64,000 nt of DNA from IMG/VR virus record IMGVR_UViG_3300032236_001858; one strand, 5' to 3'. This DNA comes from a virus. Lineage: Duplodnaviria; Heunggongvirae; Uroviricota; Caudoviricetes. Below the pieces are notes generated by a model that saw nothing but the letters and a program-made list of their open reading frames with translations, had not been told where the DNA came from and did not search any database. The position numbers and the translations under genes were made by a program. Below are positions 46,548 to 54,203 of the stretch, in pieces. How positions within the stretch are numbered: position 1 is the stretch's first letter; the number at the start of each line of letters is the position of its first letter.

Positions 46548-46598
46548 TATATTTGTATAAAATAAGAACAAAAGGAACAAAAACTTTTTAATATATAC
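46548..46598 (+). promoter_or_regulatory. tandem promoter block upstream of leader D
   Basis: TTTG(46525)..TATATTTG...AAAAGGAACAAAAACTTTTTAATATATAC. Confidence 0.72.
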
Positions 46599-46602
46599 AG
46601 AA

Positions 46603-46701
46603 ATGAAAAACTTAAACTTAAATATCGTTAACCCTCAACCGCAAGTTGTAATCGATCAGGATCCTGGTTCGAAAGGGGCTAACTATGTGGTTTTAAGTTA
46701 A
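46603..46701 (+). CDS. attenuator leader peptide D (Pro/Gln/Asp): MKNLNLNIVNPQPQVVIDQDPGSKGANYVVLS
   Basis: CCT CAA CCG CAA .. GAT CAG GAT CCT; GGCTAACT (46677-46684) pairs with AGTTAGTC of the terminator. Confidence 0.83.
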   Translation: MKNLNLNIVNPQPQVVIDQDPGSKGANYVVLS

Positions 46702-46724
46702 AGATATTATAACTATGAAACATT

Positions 46725-46757
46725 ACCCAGTTAGTCGAAAGATTAACTGGGTTTTTT
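46725..46757 (+). terminator. attenuator terminator D
   Basis: ACCCAGTTAGTC-GAAA-GATTAACTGGGT + T tract. Confidence 0.9.
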
Positions 46758-46768
46758 GTTTTAGATAC

Positions 46769-46840
46769 AGTCCGTGGGTATGTTGGTATGAATAACCTCC
46801 TGTCACGGGGAAGAAGCCGGTTCGATTCCGGTACGGACTG
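46769..46840 (+). tRNA. tRNA-Asp (GTC)
   Basis: CT GTC AC loop, G73. Confidence 0.85.
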
Positions 46841-46845
46841 CAAAA

Positions 46846-46919
46846 CGAGAAGTGACTAAGGTTTTAAGCACGCGCCGTCTGGAGCGGTGAGTTAGCAGGT
46901 TCGATTCCTGTCTTCTCGA
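46846..46919 (+). tRNA. tRNA-Pro (TGG) with C33
   Basis: CGCCG-TC TGG AG-CGGTG; C1:G72, A73. Confidence 0.72.
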
Positions 46920-46982
46920 CAACAAGTAGCTTTTGAGGCGAAAAATACTCTTTAGAGAATAGAGTAAAACAATTCTCAAAAT

Positions 46983-47055
46983 GGTCTCGTGGTTGAATGG
47001 TTACAATACCACCCTGTCACGGTGCGAGATGCCGGTTCGATTCCGGTCGAGACCG
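46983..47055 (+). tRNA. tRNA-Asp (GTC)
   Basis: CACC-CT GTC AC-GGTG, G73. Confidence 0.88.
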
Positions 47056-47060
47056 CAAAA

Positions 47061-47131
47061 GGACATATAGCTTAAAAGGAAAGAGTACCTCCAGTGGGAG
47101 GGGAGTCTTGGTTCAAGTCCAGGTATGTCCG
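47061..47131 (+). ncRNA. tRNA body with non-canonical anticodon arm
   Basis: GGACATA/TATGTCC-G and normal T arm; arm CCTCC-AGTG-GGAGG (4-nt loop) or AG TGG GA in a weaker register. Confidence 0.55.
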
Positions 47132-47137
47132 CAAAAA

Positions 47138-47209
47138 GGTCTATTAGGGTAGTGGTTATCCTTCCCGACTGTCTATCGGGAGACACCGGTTCGAATCCGG
47201 TATAGACCG
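47138..47209 (+). tRNA. tRNA-Asp (GTC)
   Basis: CCCGA-CT GTC TA-TCGGG. Confidence 0.9.
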
Positions 47210-47256
47210 CAAATGGGCTTTTCAAGACAAAAAGTTTGTAGATTACTTAATGAAAC

Positions 47257-47331
47257 GGTCTAGTGGTGAAGTGGCTATCATATCTGCCTGTCACGCAGAA
47301 GTAGAGGGATCGAAACCCTTCTAGACCGCCA
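47257..47331 (+). tRNA. tRNA-Asp (GTC)
   Basis: TCTGC-CT GTC AC-GCAGA; T loop ATCGAAA; encoded CCA. Confidence 0.88.
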
Positions 47332-47337
47332 AAAATT

Positions 47338-47412
47338 CGGGGTGTAGCGTAGTCCGGTTATCGCGCATGCTTTGGGAGCATGAAATCGTAGGTTCGAATC
47401 CTGCCACCCCGA
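47338..47412 (+). tRNA. tRNA-Pro (TGG)
   Basis: CATGC-TT TGG GA-GCATG; C1:G72. Confidence 0.92.
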
Positions 47413-47443
47413 CAAAGAAACAAAATATTAATAAATAGAAATT

Positions 47444-47497
47444 ATGAGAACAACAACACAATACCAGCAACAACAACAAATTAATCCAACGGATTGA
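47444..47497 (+). CDS. attenuator leader peptide E (Gln): MRTTTQYQQQQQINPTD
   Basis: CAA TAC CAG CAA CAA CAA CAA; GGATTGA over the stop codon pairs with TCAATCT of the terminator. Confidence 0.88.
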   Translation: MRTTTQYQQQQQINPTD

Positions 47498-47525
47498 TAA
47501 CGGTATCGTATTGTCTAAACTTTAC

Positions 47526-47559
47526 AAACCCTATTCAATCTGATTGAGTAGGGTTTTTT
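47526..47559 (+). terminator. attenuator terminator E
   Basis: AAACCCTATTCAAT-CTG-ATTGAGTAGGGTTT + T tract. Confidence 0.9.
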
Positions 47560-47561
47560 AT

Positions 47562-47632
47562 TGTCTGATGGTGTAGTGGTAGCACAAGGGTCTTTGATCC
47601 CCTTAGTTCAGGTCCGATTCCTGATCAGACAA
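47562..47632 (+). tRNA. tRNA-Gln (TTG)
   Basis: CT TTG AT loop, U1:A72. Confidence 0.85.
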
Positions 47633-47639
47633 CAAATAT

Positions 47640-47721
47640 TGAGGAATAGAATAATGGCAGTTCACCCGCCTTTGAAGCGGAGAGAGAAATCTCAGTGTAG
47701 GTTCGAGTCCTACTTCCTCAA
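47640..47721 (+). tRNA. tRNA-Gln (TTG) with long variable arm
   Basis: CCGC-CT TTG AA-GCGG; V-arm GAGA-GAAA-TCTC. Confidence 0.82.
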
Positions 47722-47727
47722 CAAAAT

Positions 47728-47799
47728 TGCTTTATAGTATATGGGTTAACATATCTGTCTTTGAAACAGATGAACTTGGTTCGAGTCCAAGTGGAGCAA
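47728..47799 (+). tRNA. tRNA-Gln (TTG)
   Basis: TCTGT-CT TTG AA-ACAGA. Confidence 0.88.
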
Positions 47800-47817
47800 C
47801 AAAAAATAATAACTACT

Positions 47818-49422
47818 ATGAATTTCATTGAAGAAAAAATAATTGAAAAAGGTAATCTTGATAAACTAACATTGAGATTTCCACCAGAACCAAATGGCTA
47901 TTTACATATTGGTCACGCTAAATCCATTATCTTAAATTTTGGTTTAGCTGAAAAATATAATAGACCTTGTAACTTGAGATTTGATGATACTAACCCAACT
48001 ACCGAAGATACTCACTTTGTTGAGTCAATTATAAAAGATATAGAATGGTTAGGTTACAAACCCGCCAATATTTTCTATACATCTGATTATTTTGATTTTC
48101 TTTATGAATGTGCTATTACTTTAATTAAAAAAGGATTAGCTTATGTTGATGATTCAACATCAGAAGAAATTGCTAACTTAAAAGGAACACCAACTTCACC
48201 TGGTAAAGATTCACCTTATAAGTCAAGAAGTGTTGATGAAAATTTAGACCTATTTAATAGAATGAGATTAGGTGAATTTGTAGAAGGTTCTAAAATTCTT
48301 AGAGCTAATATTGATATGACTTCTCCTAATATGATTTTAAGAGATCCAGTTCTTTATAGAATAATATCTAAGTCACACCACAGAACTGGTGATACTTGGA
48401 AGATTTATCCAATGTATGACTTTGCTCATCCACTTTCAGATTATAAAGAAGGTATTACCGATTCTTTATGTACTTTAGAATTTGAAGTTCACAGACCTTT
48501 ATATATGTGGGTTTTAGAAAATTGTGATTTAGAAAATCCGCTTCCAGAAGAAACTGAGTTTGCTCGTTTGAACATTGACTATACGGTTATGTCAAAGAGA
48601 AAATTAAAAAGATTAGTTGAAGAAGGATTTGTAGATGGTTGGGATGATCCAAGAATGCCAACTATTTCTGGTTTAAGAAGAAGAGGTTTTACTCCAAATG
48701 CTATTAAAGATTTTTGTGATAGAATTTCTGTTACAAGAAAAGATGGTATTGTTTCTTATTTACTTTTAGAAGAATGTTTAAGAACTGATTTGAACATAGT
48801 TACCAATAGATTAATGGGTGTTATGGATCCAGTTAAGTTAGTTATTACTAATTGGGATAGCGGAACTGAAATGGTTGAAGTTGAAAATAATCCTGGTGAT
48901 GAAAGTGCTGGTACAAGAATGATTCCTTTTAGTGGTGAACTATTTATTGAAAGAGAAGATTTCAGAGAAGAAGCTAATAATAAATTTCATAGATTGAAAT
49001 TAGGTGGTGAAGTAAGATTAAAAGGCGCTTATGTTATTATGGCTAACGAAGTTATCAAAGATGAATTTGGAGAAATCACTGAGATTAGATGTACTTACGA
49101 TCCTTTAACAAGATCAGGTATGTCTATTGAAAGAAAGATTAAAGGAACTATTCACTGGGTATCTGCTGAACACGGAGTTAGAATGAATGTAAATGAATAT
49201 GATAGATTATTTAATGATGGATCACCAGATAAAAATGAAGATGATTTTATCAATTATATCAACCCAGATTCACTTATAATTAATGATAAGGCAATCTTTG
49301 AACCTCACGTTTTAAACGTCAAGGAACCAGTTCAAATGATGAGAAAAGGGTATTATATTTTAGATACTGATGGTAAAAGTTTCAATAAAACGGTAAGTTT
49401 AAAAGAAGGTTGGGTAGGTTAA
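47818..49422 (+). CDS. glnS: glutaminyl-tRNA synthetase (534 aa)
   Basis: RFPPEPNGYLHIGHAK, RFDDTNP, YPMYDFAH, CTLEF, MSKRKL, GWDDPRMPT. Confidence 0.95.
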   Translation: MNFIEEKIIEKGNLDKLTLRFPPEPNGYLHIGHAKSIILNFGLAEKYNRPCNLRFDDTNPTTEDTHFVESIIKDIEWLGYKPANIFYTSDYFDFLYECAITLIKKGLAYVDDSTSEEIANLKGTPTSPGKDSPYKSRSVDENLDLFNRMRLGEFVEGSKILRANIDMTSPNMILRDPVLYRIISKSHHRTGDTWKIYPMYDFAHPLSDYKEGITDSLCTLEFEVHRPLYMWVLENCDLENPLPEETEFARLNIDYTVMSKRKLKRLVEEGFVDGWDDPRMPTISGLRRRGFTPNAIKDFCDRISVTRKDGIVSYLLLEECLRTDLNIVTNRLMGVMDPVKLVITNWDSGTEMVEVENNPGDESAGTRMIPFSGELFIEREDFREEANNKFHRLKLGGEVRLKGAYVIMANEVIKDEFGEITEIRCTYDPLTRSGMSIERKIKGTIHWVSAEHGVRMNVNEYDRLFNDGSPDKNEDDFINYINPDSLIINDKAIFEPHVLNVKEPVQMMRKGYYILDTDGKSFNKTVSLKEGWVG

Positions 49423-49799
49423 ACTGCCTCCCATCTACCATCTGATAAAAATCTATATGAACCAATAAACTCAAATTTTGCCCATTGTTCCGGTGATATT
49501 AAAGAAAGAAATTCTTCTCCATTTTTGGAGTAAAGATGATAAACTTCACCAGATATTGGTTCAAAATTATGCTTTGCTTTATAAAGTCTTTCATTTATTT
49601 TAATTTCAAGCATTAGTGATTCGTATTCTTTAGCCATTTCTTCAAAACGAGCAGAGTAATATTTTTTTACTTTGCTTGTTTTTTCCAGCCTAAAAAGGTC
49701 GATGTTATCCGGTGAAAATTTTTGCGAGCCGATTTCCGTTGGATAGGTTTTAACCATTCTATCCACAACATAACTCATTGGTAATTTCTTATCTTGCAT
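49419..49799 (-). CDS. DUF2452-like protein
   Basis: FEPISGEVYHLY..FLSLISPEQW pattern. Confidence 0.6.
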   Translation of the reverse strand: MQDKKLPMSYVVDRMVKTYPTEIGSQKFSPDNIDLFRLEKTSKVKKYYSARFEEMAKEYESLMLEIKINERLYKAKHNFEPISGEVYHLYSKNGEEFLSLISPEQWAKFEFIGSYRFLSDGRWEAV

Positions 49800-49908
49800 A
49801 CAATTATATTAATAATAACTATAATGTTTTTATAAGGTTATCATGATGTTTCATGAATTTAAATTTCCTATATTGTAAAATTATTATTATATTTGTGAAT
49901 ATATACAA

Positions 49909-50364
49909 TTGATGCTCTGCGTTTATAAAATTAAATTTAATAAGTCACCTTTTGACCTTAATGATGACTATGAAAGACTTTCTGACATAGATAAGGAAAA
50001 GATTGCTGATATGGAAGCAGAGTCATTTTTGGATTACGAGGAAGATGGTAGATATGCTTTCTTTATCATTGCTGAGCCAACTGAAGTTAAAAAATATACA
50101 AATGTTCTTAGTGAAAATTTAGTTCAATTTGAATTAAATAATATGTCTGATGATATATTAAAGGGAAATTTTAATATTGAAGACTCGGTTGGAAGTAAAG
50201 TAAAAACAATCAACTCGATGAAATATTCATTTTTTGTTGACGATTTGAAAGATTGGATATACAACAATTTAGATATTGATACTATATTAGATAGAATATC
50301 TTCTGTTGGAATGGCATCTTTAACAGACGTAGAAAAGAAATTTTTAAAGAATTATAACTTATGA
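49909..50364 (+). CDS. hypothetical protein
   Basis: 151-aa ORF after promoter at 49888. Confidence 0.7.
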   Translation: MMLCVYKIKFNKSPFDLNDDYERLSDIDKEKIADMEAESFLDYEEDGRYAFFIIAEPTEVKKYTNVLSENLVQFELNNMSDDILKGNFNIEDSVGSKVKTINSMKYSFFVDDLKDWIYNNLDIDTILDRISSVGMASLTDVEKKFLKNYNL

Positions 50365-50774
50365 ACTTATTTTTAGATGATATTAGAATTCCTGGAATGG
50401 CACACAATGCTAAGAAAGGATTAGGTCTTGACTATCTACCTACTAATAAATGGGTTATTGCTCGTGATTATTTTGAATTTGTTAATATAGTTGATAAACA
50501 CTTTGACGAAATTGAATTAGTTTCATTTGACCATGATTTGGCTTGTGTTAAAGATGGTATAGAATATACTGGTAAAACTGCTGTTGATTATTTAATCAAC
50601 TATTGCTTAGAACATAGTAAACAATTTCCTGATTGGTATGCTCATACTGATAACACTTCTGGTCGTCAAAACATCATTGGTGCTATTACCAACTATTTAA
50701 AAGTAGTTGAAGGCAAAGACCTTTCAGATTTTAGATATTATCATAATGGTATTGTTAATGGAAAATTTGTATGA
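50361..50774 (+). CDS. cyclic-phosphate-processing receiver-like domain protein
   Basis: LFLDDIR, VSFDHDL, GKTAVDYL, HTDN..G. Confidence 0.7.
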   Translation: MNLFLDDIRIPGMAHNAKKGLGLDYLPTNKWVIARDYFEFVNIVDKHFDEIELVSFDHDLACVKDGIEYTGKTAVDYLINYCLEHSKQFPDWYAHTDNTSGRQNIIGAITNYLKVVEGKDLSDFRYYHNGIVNGKFV

Positions 50775-51082
50775 ACTTTATCACAAAACACTTAATTGAA
50801 AAAATTGGCGAACAGATTAGACAAAAACAATCTATTCTAAAACATAACCACTTTTATTACTTTGATGAACCTATTAAAGATGGTAAAAAGCATAAAAGAG
50901 TTATAGATAGAGTTGATAGGTCTTATCCTTACGTTAAGAATGAAATTTTACCAATTACTTGGTATGCTTTAGATGCTTCTTCTTTAAGAGAGCTTTACAT
51001 GAAATTAAAATATAACCAGTTTTACATCTATAAAAAATTAGAAGATGGTAAAAGCTATAAAACAAGAATTAAAAACAAATGA
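50771..51082 (+). CDS. hypothetical protein
   Basis: 103-aa basic ORF. Confidence 0.65.
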   Translation: MNFITKHLIEKIGEQIRQKQSILKHNHFYYFDEPIKDGKKHKRVIDRVDRSYPYVKNEILPITWYALDASSLRELYMKLKYNQFYIYKKLEDGKSYKTRIKNK

Positions 51083-51789
51083 TAGTAGGAAAAAGCTTTA
51101 AATATTGCACTGATTATGATTACAACACATATCGTGATTGTAGTAATCATGGGTGTGATGATGAAGGAATTTGTCGTTGTGGAACTATTGAAAATGCTCA
51201 TATCATTTCAGTAAACATACCTTCAATGGTTGATGAAATATATTCAGAATATTTTGATAATAGTTTAGCTTCTAAAAGAAACTCTACTATCAATAATATA
51301 TTAGGTGGTGTTTCTAAAGAAATTGATATTTATACCATTGATAGGATTTTAAGAATCAATGGTGCCTATGAACCATCTAATTGGGATATTCAAATTTGTG
51401 GTGGATATTATGGTCAAGAAATTGACGATATTCTTTTAGAAGATAGTATTGCTAGAAAAGTTGAGGACCAAATCAATGAAGCTTTTTCAATTATTGATTT
51501 AACATCAAGAGTTGAATATCTTTTAACTTTGGAATATGGAGAGGTTTTACCTGCTTTAAAAGGTCGTCAATATTCAATTGAAATGGTTGAAAGAGATAGT
51601 ATCATTTTTGGTTCAGATGAACATTATAGAAAAGTAAATACTAAAAACCTTGACCATTATTCTGATAAGAATTATGAAGGTATTAGAGGTATTGCTTTAG
51701 TTAAAGACAATAAATTCAGATTGATTGATGGTTATCACCGTTGTTCAACATCTGAGAACATTAAGATTAAACTTTTAATCGCAAAATAA
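51079..51789 (+). CDS. hypothetical protein with C-terminal ParB/Srx-like motif
   Basis: FRLIDGYHR; Cys cluster near the N-terminus. Confidence 0.6.
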   Translation: MIVGKSFKYCTDYDYNTYRDCSNHGCDDEGICRCGTIENAHIISVNIPSMVDEIYSEYFDNSLASKRNSTINNILGGVSKEIDIYTIDRILRINGAYEPSNWDIQICGGYYGQEIDDILLEDSIARKVEDQINEAFSIIDLTSRVEYLLTLEYGEVLPALKGRQYSIEMVERDSIIFGSDEHYRKVNTKNLDHYSDKNYEGIRGIALVKDNKFRLIDGYHRCSTSENIKIKLLIAK

Positions 51790-52232
51790 TGATTGATTTT
51801 TTTCATAGTGGAAGTCAAGTAGGATTTGTAATCAACGGTGTTGGTGGTGCAATCCTACTTTTTTATATATTGATAGAACTATCTATGGTGGTTGTAACTG
51901 GTACATTTTTATGGCGTAAGTTATTAATTGCTTTTAATGTTCATAGACAAGTAAAGTCAACTATCCCAAGGTGGTGGAAGATTGATAGAATATCAATTAT
52001 AACAATTGTTAAGAAAAAGAATAATCTTTTATCTTGGGATTACGAATGTTATGTTCATGTTAGTTCTAATTATATTGAGGGAGTTTGGACAAATGACCAT
52101 GTAAAAACTAATAGTTGGGGAAAAATTTTAAAGTGTGACCTTTTTGATGATATTAAAACTATTGATTCAAGACACGGTGATAAAGTAAAACAGTATAATA
52201 GAGATAATACATTAGATAAACTTGGAATTTAG
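51789..52232 (+). CDS. membrane protein with C-terminal RD motif
   Basis: N-terminal transmembrane segment; ends NRDNTLDKLGI. Confidence 0.65.
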   Translation: MIDFFHSGSQVGFVINGVGGAILLFYILIELSMVVVTGTFLWRKLLIAFNVHRQVKSTIPRWWKIDRISIITIVKKKNNLLSWDYECYVHVSSNYIEGVWTNDHVKTNSWGKILKCDLFDDIKTIDSRHGDKVKQYNRDNTLDKLGI

Positions 52233-54124
52233 TTCCAAGTTTCATTATCTAAGTCTTCTTTTCTATCTTCACACTTAGCTCTTAACATAGAAATTCTATC
52301 TCTATATTCTTGTTCTTCTTTATTGTCAAACTTGATTCTTAACTGACCTTTATCATTTAAGATATCGTCATACTTATTATATAATTTATCAACTCTTTCA
52401 ATAAGAACATCTAAGAACTCACTAATACTTTCAGTATAAGTAAACCAATCAATTACTCTTTTCTCTTCACCATCAACAGATTGTTCTATTAAAGCATAAC
52501 CTAAAGCTTTAGCATCTATTTCAGTTAGATATTCAACTCCTGTTATATCAACAGCATTACTATCTTTAGCTTCTTCTATCTTATAAACCTCAGTTGCGAA
52601 TTTCTTAGGAATGTAATTACCTTTATAATCAACAACTAATAAATCTTGACTTATGTAACTATAGCTAGACCAGTCGCTAAATTTATCAGATATTTTATCA
52701 AACCAAAACCAATCAGTGTCTATTAGAGTAATATTGTTATCACCTTCATACATATATTTATCACCAGGACTTGGTACATCACCATCACTATAAATCTCAG
52801 TAACTACTCTTACAGCGGTTTGATCGTATAACATTCTACGTTCAATATCAGACCAAACACCATCATCTACATGGAAATATTCATCATGATCTTCATCATA
52901 GAATATATCATCATAGTCTTCTGGGTACCAACCTTGTCTTCTTCTACTACTTGCTCTTCTAACTTCAACCGATCTATCCAGGATTAAATAATCATCAAGA
53001 GGGTCTGACCAAATAGCATCATCTTCAGAAATTCTTCTATCATACCATTCAGAGTAAACACCACCTTCAATTTCTTGATATCCACCACCAGTATCTTCTA
53101 AAATATACTGACCTTCATAGTCTTTATCTTGTTCATCATCATTGTGTAAAATGCCATTACTAACATCATATCTTCTAAAAGTATCCATATAAGGGTATCT
53201 GTTGTAATCTTTATCTTTAACCTTAACCGTCATCTGAACATTTTTAACTTCATCATTTATAGTAACCGTTGAATAACTATGATGGTTATTATATGATTTA
53301 TAACACCAACCTTGTTCTTTAGCATAGTTTTTGAATTTTTGAACATCAGAGTCTTTAATAGTATATTGTCTATCCATAAAATACTCAACACCTTCAATAA
53401 CATCACTACCTCTTTTTATAGATGATAATTTCCAAACCAAAGCTCTGCCTAATATTTTATCATCTTCTTTAAGTATTAATAATTTACAAACATCTTGGTT
53501 TTGAGTATAGATTCCAAATAAACCTCTTTTTTTAGCCATACAAGATGAACCTAATGTACCACCTTCTTCTTTATAATTCTCATACCAGTACCAATATTCA
53601 ATATCTTCGCCTTCAACTAAATCAAAATGCTCTCCAGTTTTTTCTAAAGAAGCTTTAAATGAATTTACAAAATCTTGTCTTTGTTTATCATTATATTTTC
53701 CGGGAAATAGTTTATTAACAAACTTACCTAATGCTACTTCGTTTCTTGATTTAGTAAATACTCCAGAAGCGTCAGGTGTTTTATTCATATCAAACTCATG
53801 TAAGTCATTTGAATAAGTCTGAGGATCTGGCATTGCCTTGTTATCAATGTTTATAGACCAATCTATATCAGGATATTTAGCATTAATCAACGGCTTAGCA
53901 TTTCTCATTGTTATAAAAGAAAGATAACCTTCTTTACCTAAATCAATAAAAGTCATATCAGGCTTTACATCGGTACCTTCTGAATTTAATAATTCAGCCG
54001 CAATATCATTATTCTTTATTCTACTAAGAGCTTTTCTAACATTTGGTGAGTAATACAAAAAAGACTCATTGATAGCCTTTTCTAATAATAAATCTTCAAT
54101 AAAACTATTATAATTTGAAATCAT
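52229..54124 (-). CDS. large hypothetical protein
   Basis: 631 aa; GTLGSSCM, GRALVW, YFMDRQY, YPYMDTF; TAATATATA box upstream. Confidence 0.7.
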   Translation of the reverse strand: MISNYNSFIEDLLLEKAINESFLYYSPNVRKALSRIKNNDIAAELLNSEGTDVKPDMTFIDLGKEGYLSFITMRNAKPLINAKYPDIDWSINIDNKAMPDPQTYSNDLHEFDMNKTPDASGVFTKSRNEVALGKFVNKLFPGKYNDKQRQDFVNSFKASLEKTGEHFDLVEGEDIEYWYWYENYKEEGGTLGSSCMAKKRGLFGIYTQNQDVCKLLILKEDDKILGRALVWKLSSIKRGSDVIEGVEYFMDRQYTIKDSDVQKFKNYAKEQGWCYKSYNNHHSYSTVTINDEVKNVQMTVKVKDKDYNRYPYMDTFRRYDVSNGILHNDDEQDKDYEGQYILEDTGGGYQEIEGGVYSEWYDRRISEDDAIWSDPLDDYLILDRSVEVRRASSRRRQGWYPEDYDDIFYDEDHDEYFHVDDGVWSDIERRMLYDQTAVRVVTEIYSDGDVPSPGDKYMYEGDNNITLIDTDWFWFDKISDKFSDWSSYSYISQDLLVVDYKGNYIPKKFATEVYKIEEAKDSNAVDITGVEYLTEIDAKALGYALIEQSVDGEEKRVIDWFTYTESISEFLDVLIERVDKLYNKYDDILNDKGQLRIKFDNKEEQEYRDRISMLRAKCEDRKEDLDNETWN

Positions 54125-54203
54125 ACAAACTATATATTAATTTTATATTGGTAAATTAATAAATATATCATATCTTTGTAAGACAAAAAATTATACACAA
54201 TTA

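Noticed and set aside
6821-47559. T-box riboswitches as the control mechanism
   Set aside because: No T-box consensus (AGGTGGNACC) or long stem I seen; leaders are short and hold cognate-codon ORFs
47761-47817. TTG start for GlnRS
   Set aside because: That TTG is the anticodon of tRNA-Gln 47728-47799; ATG 47818 is preferred
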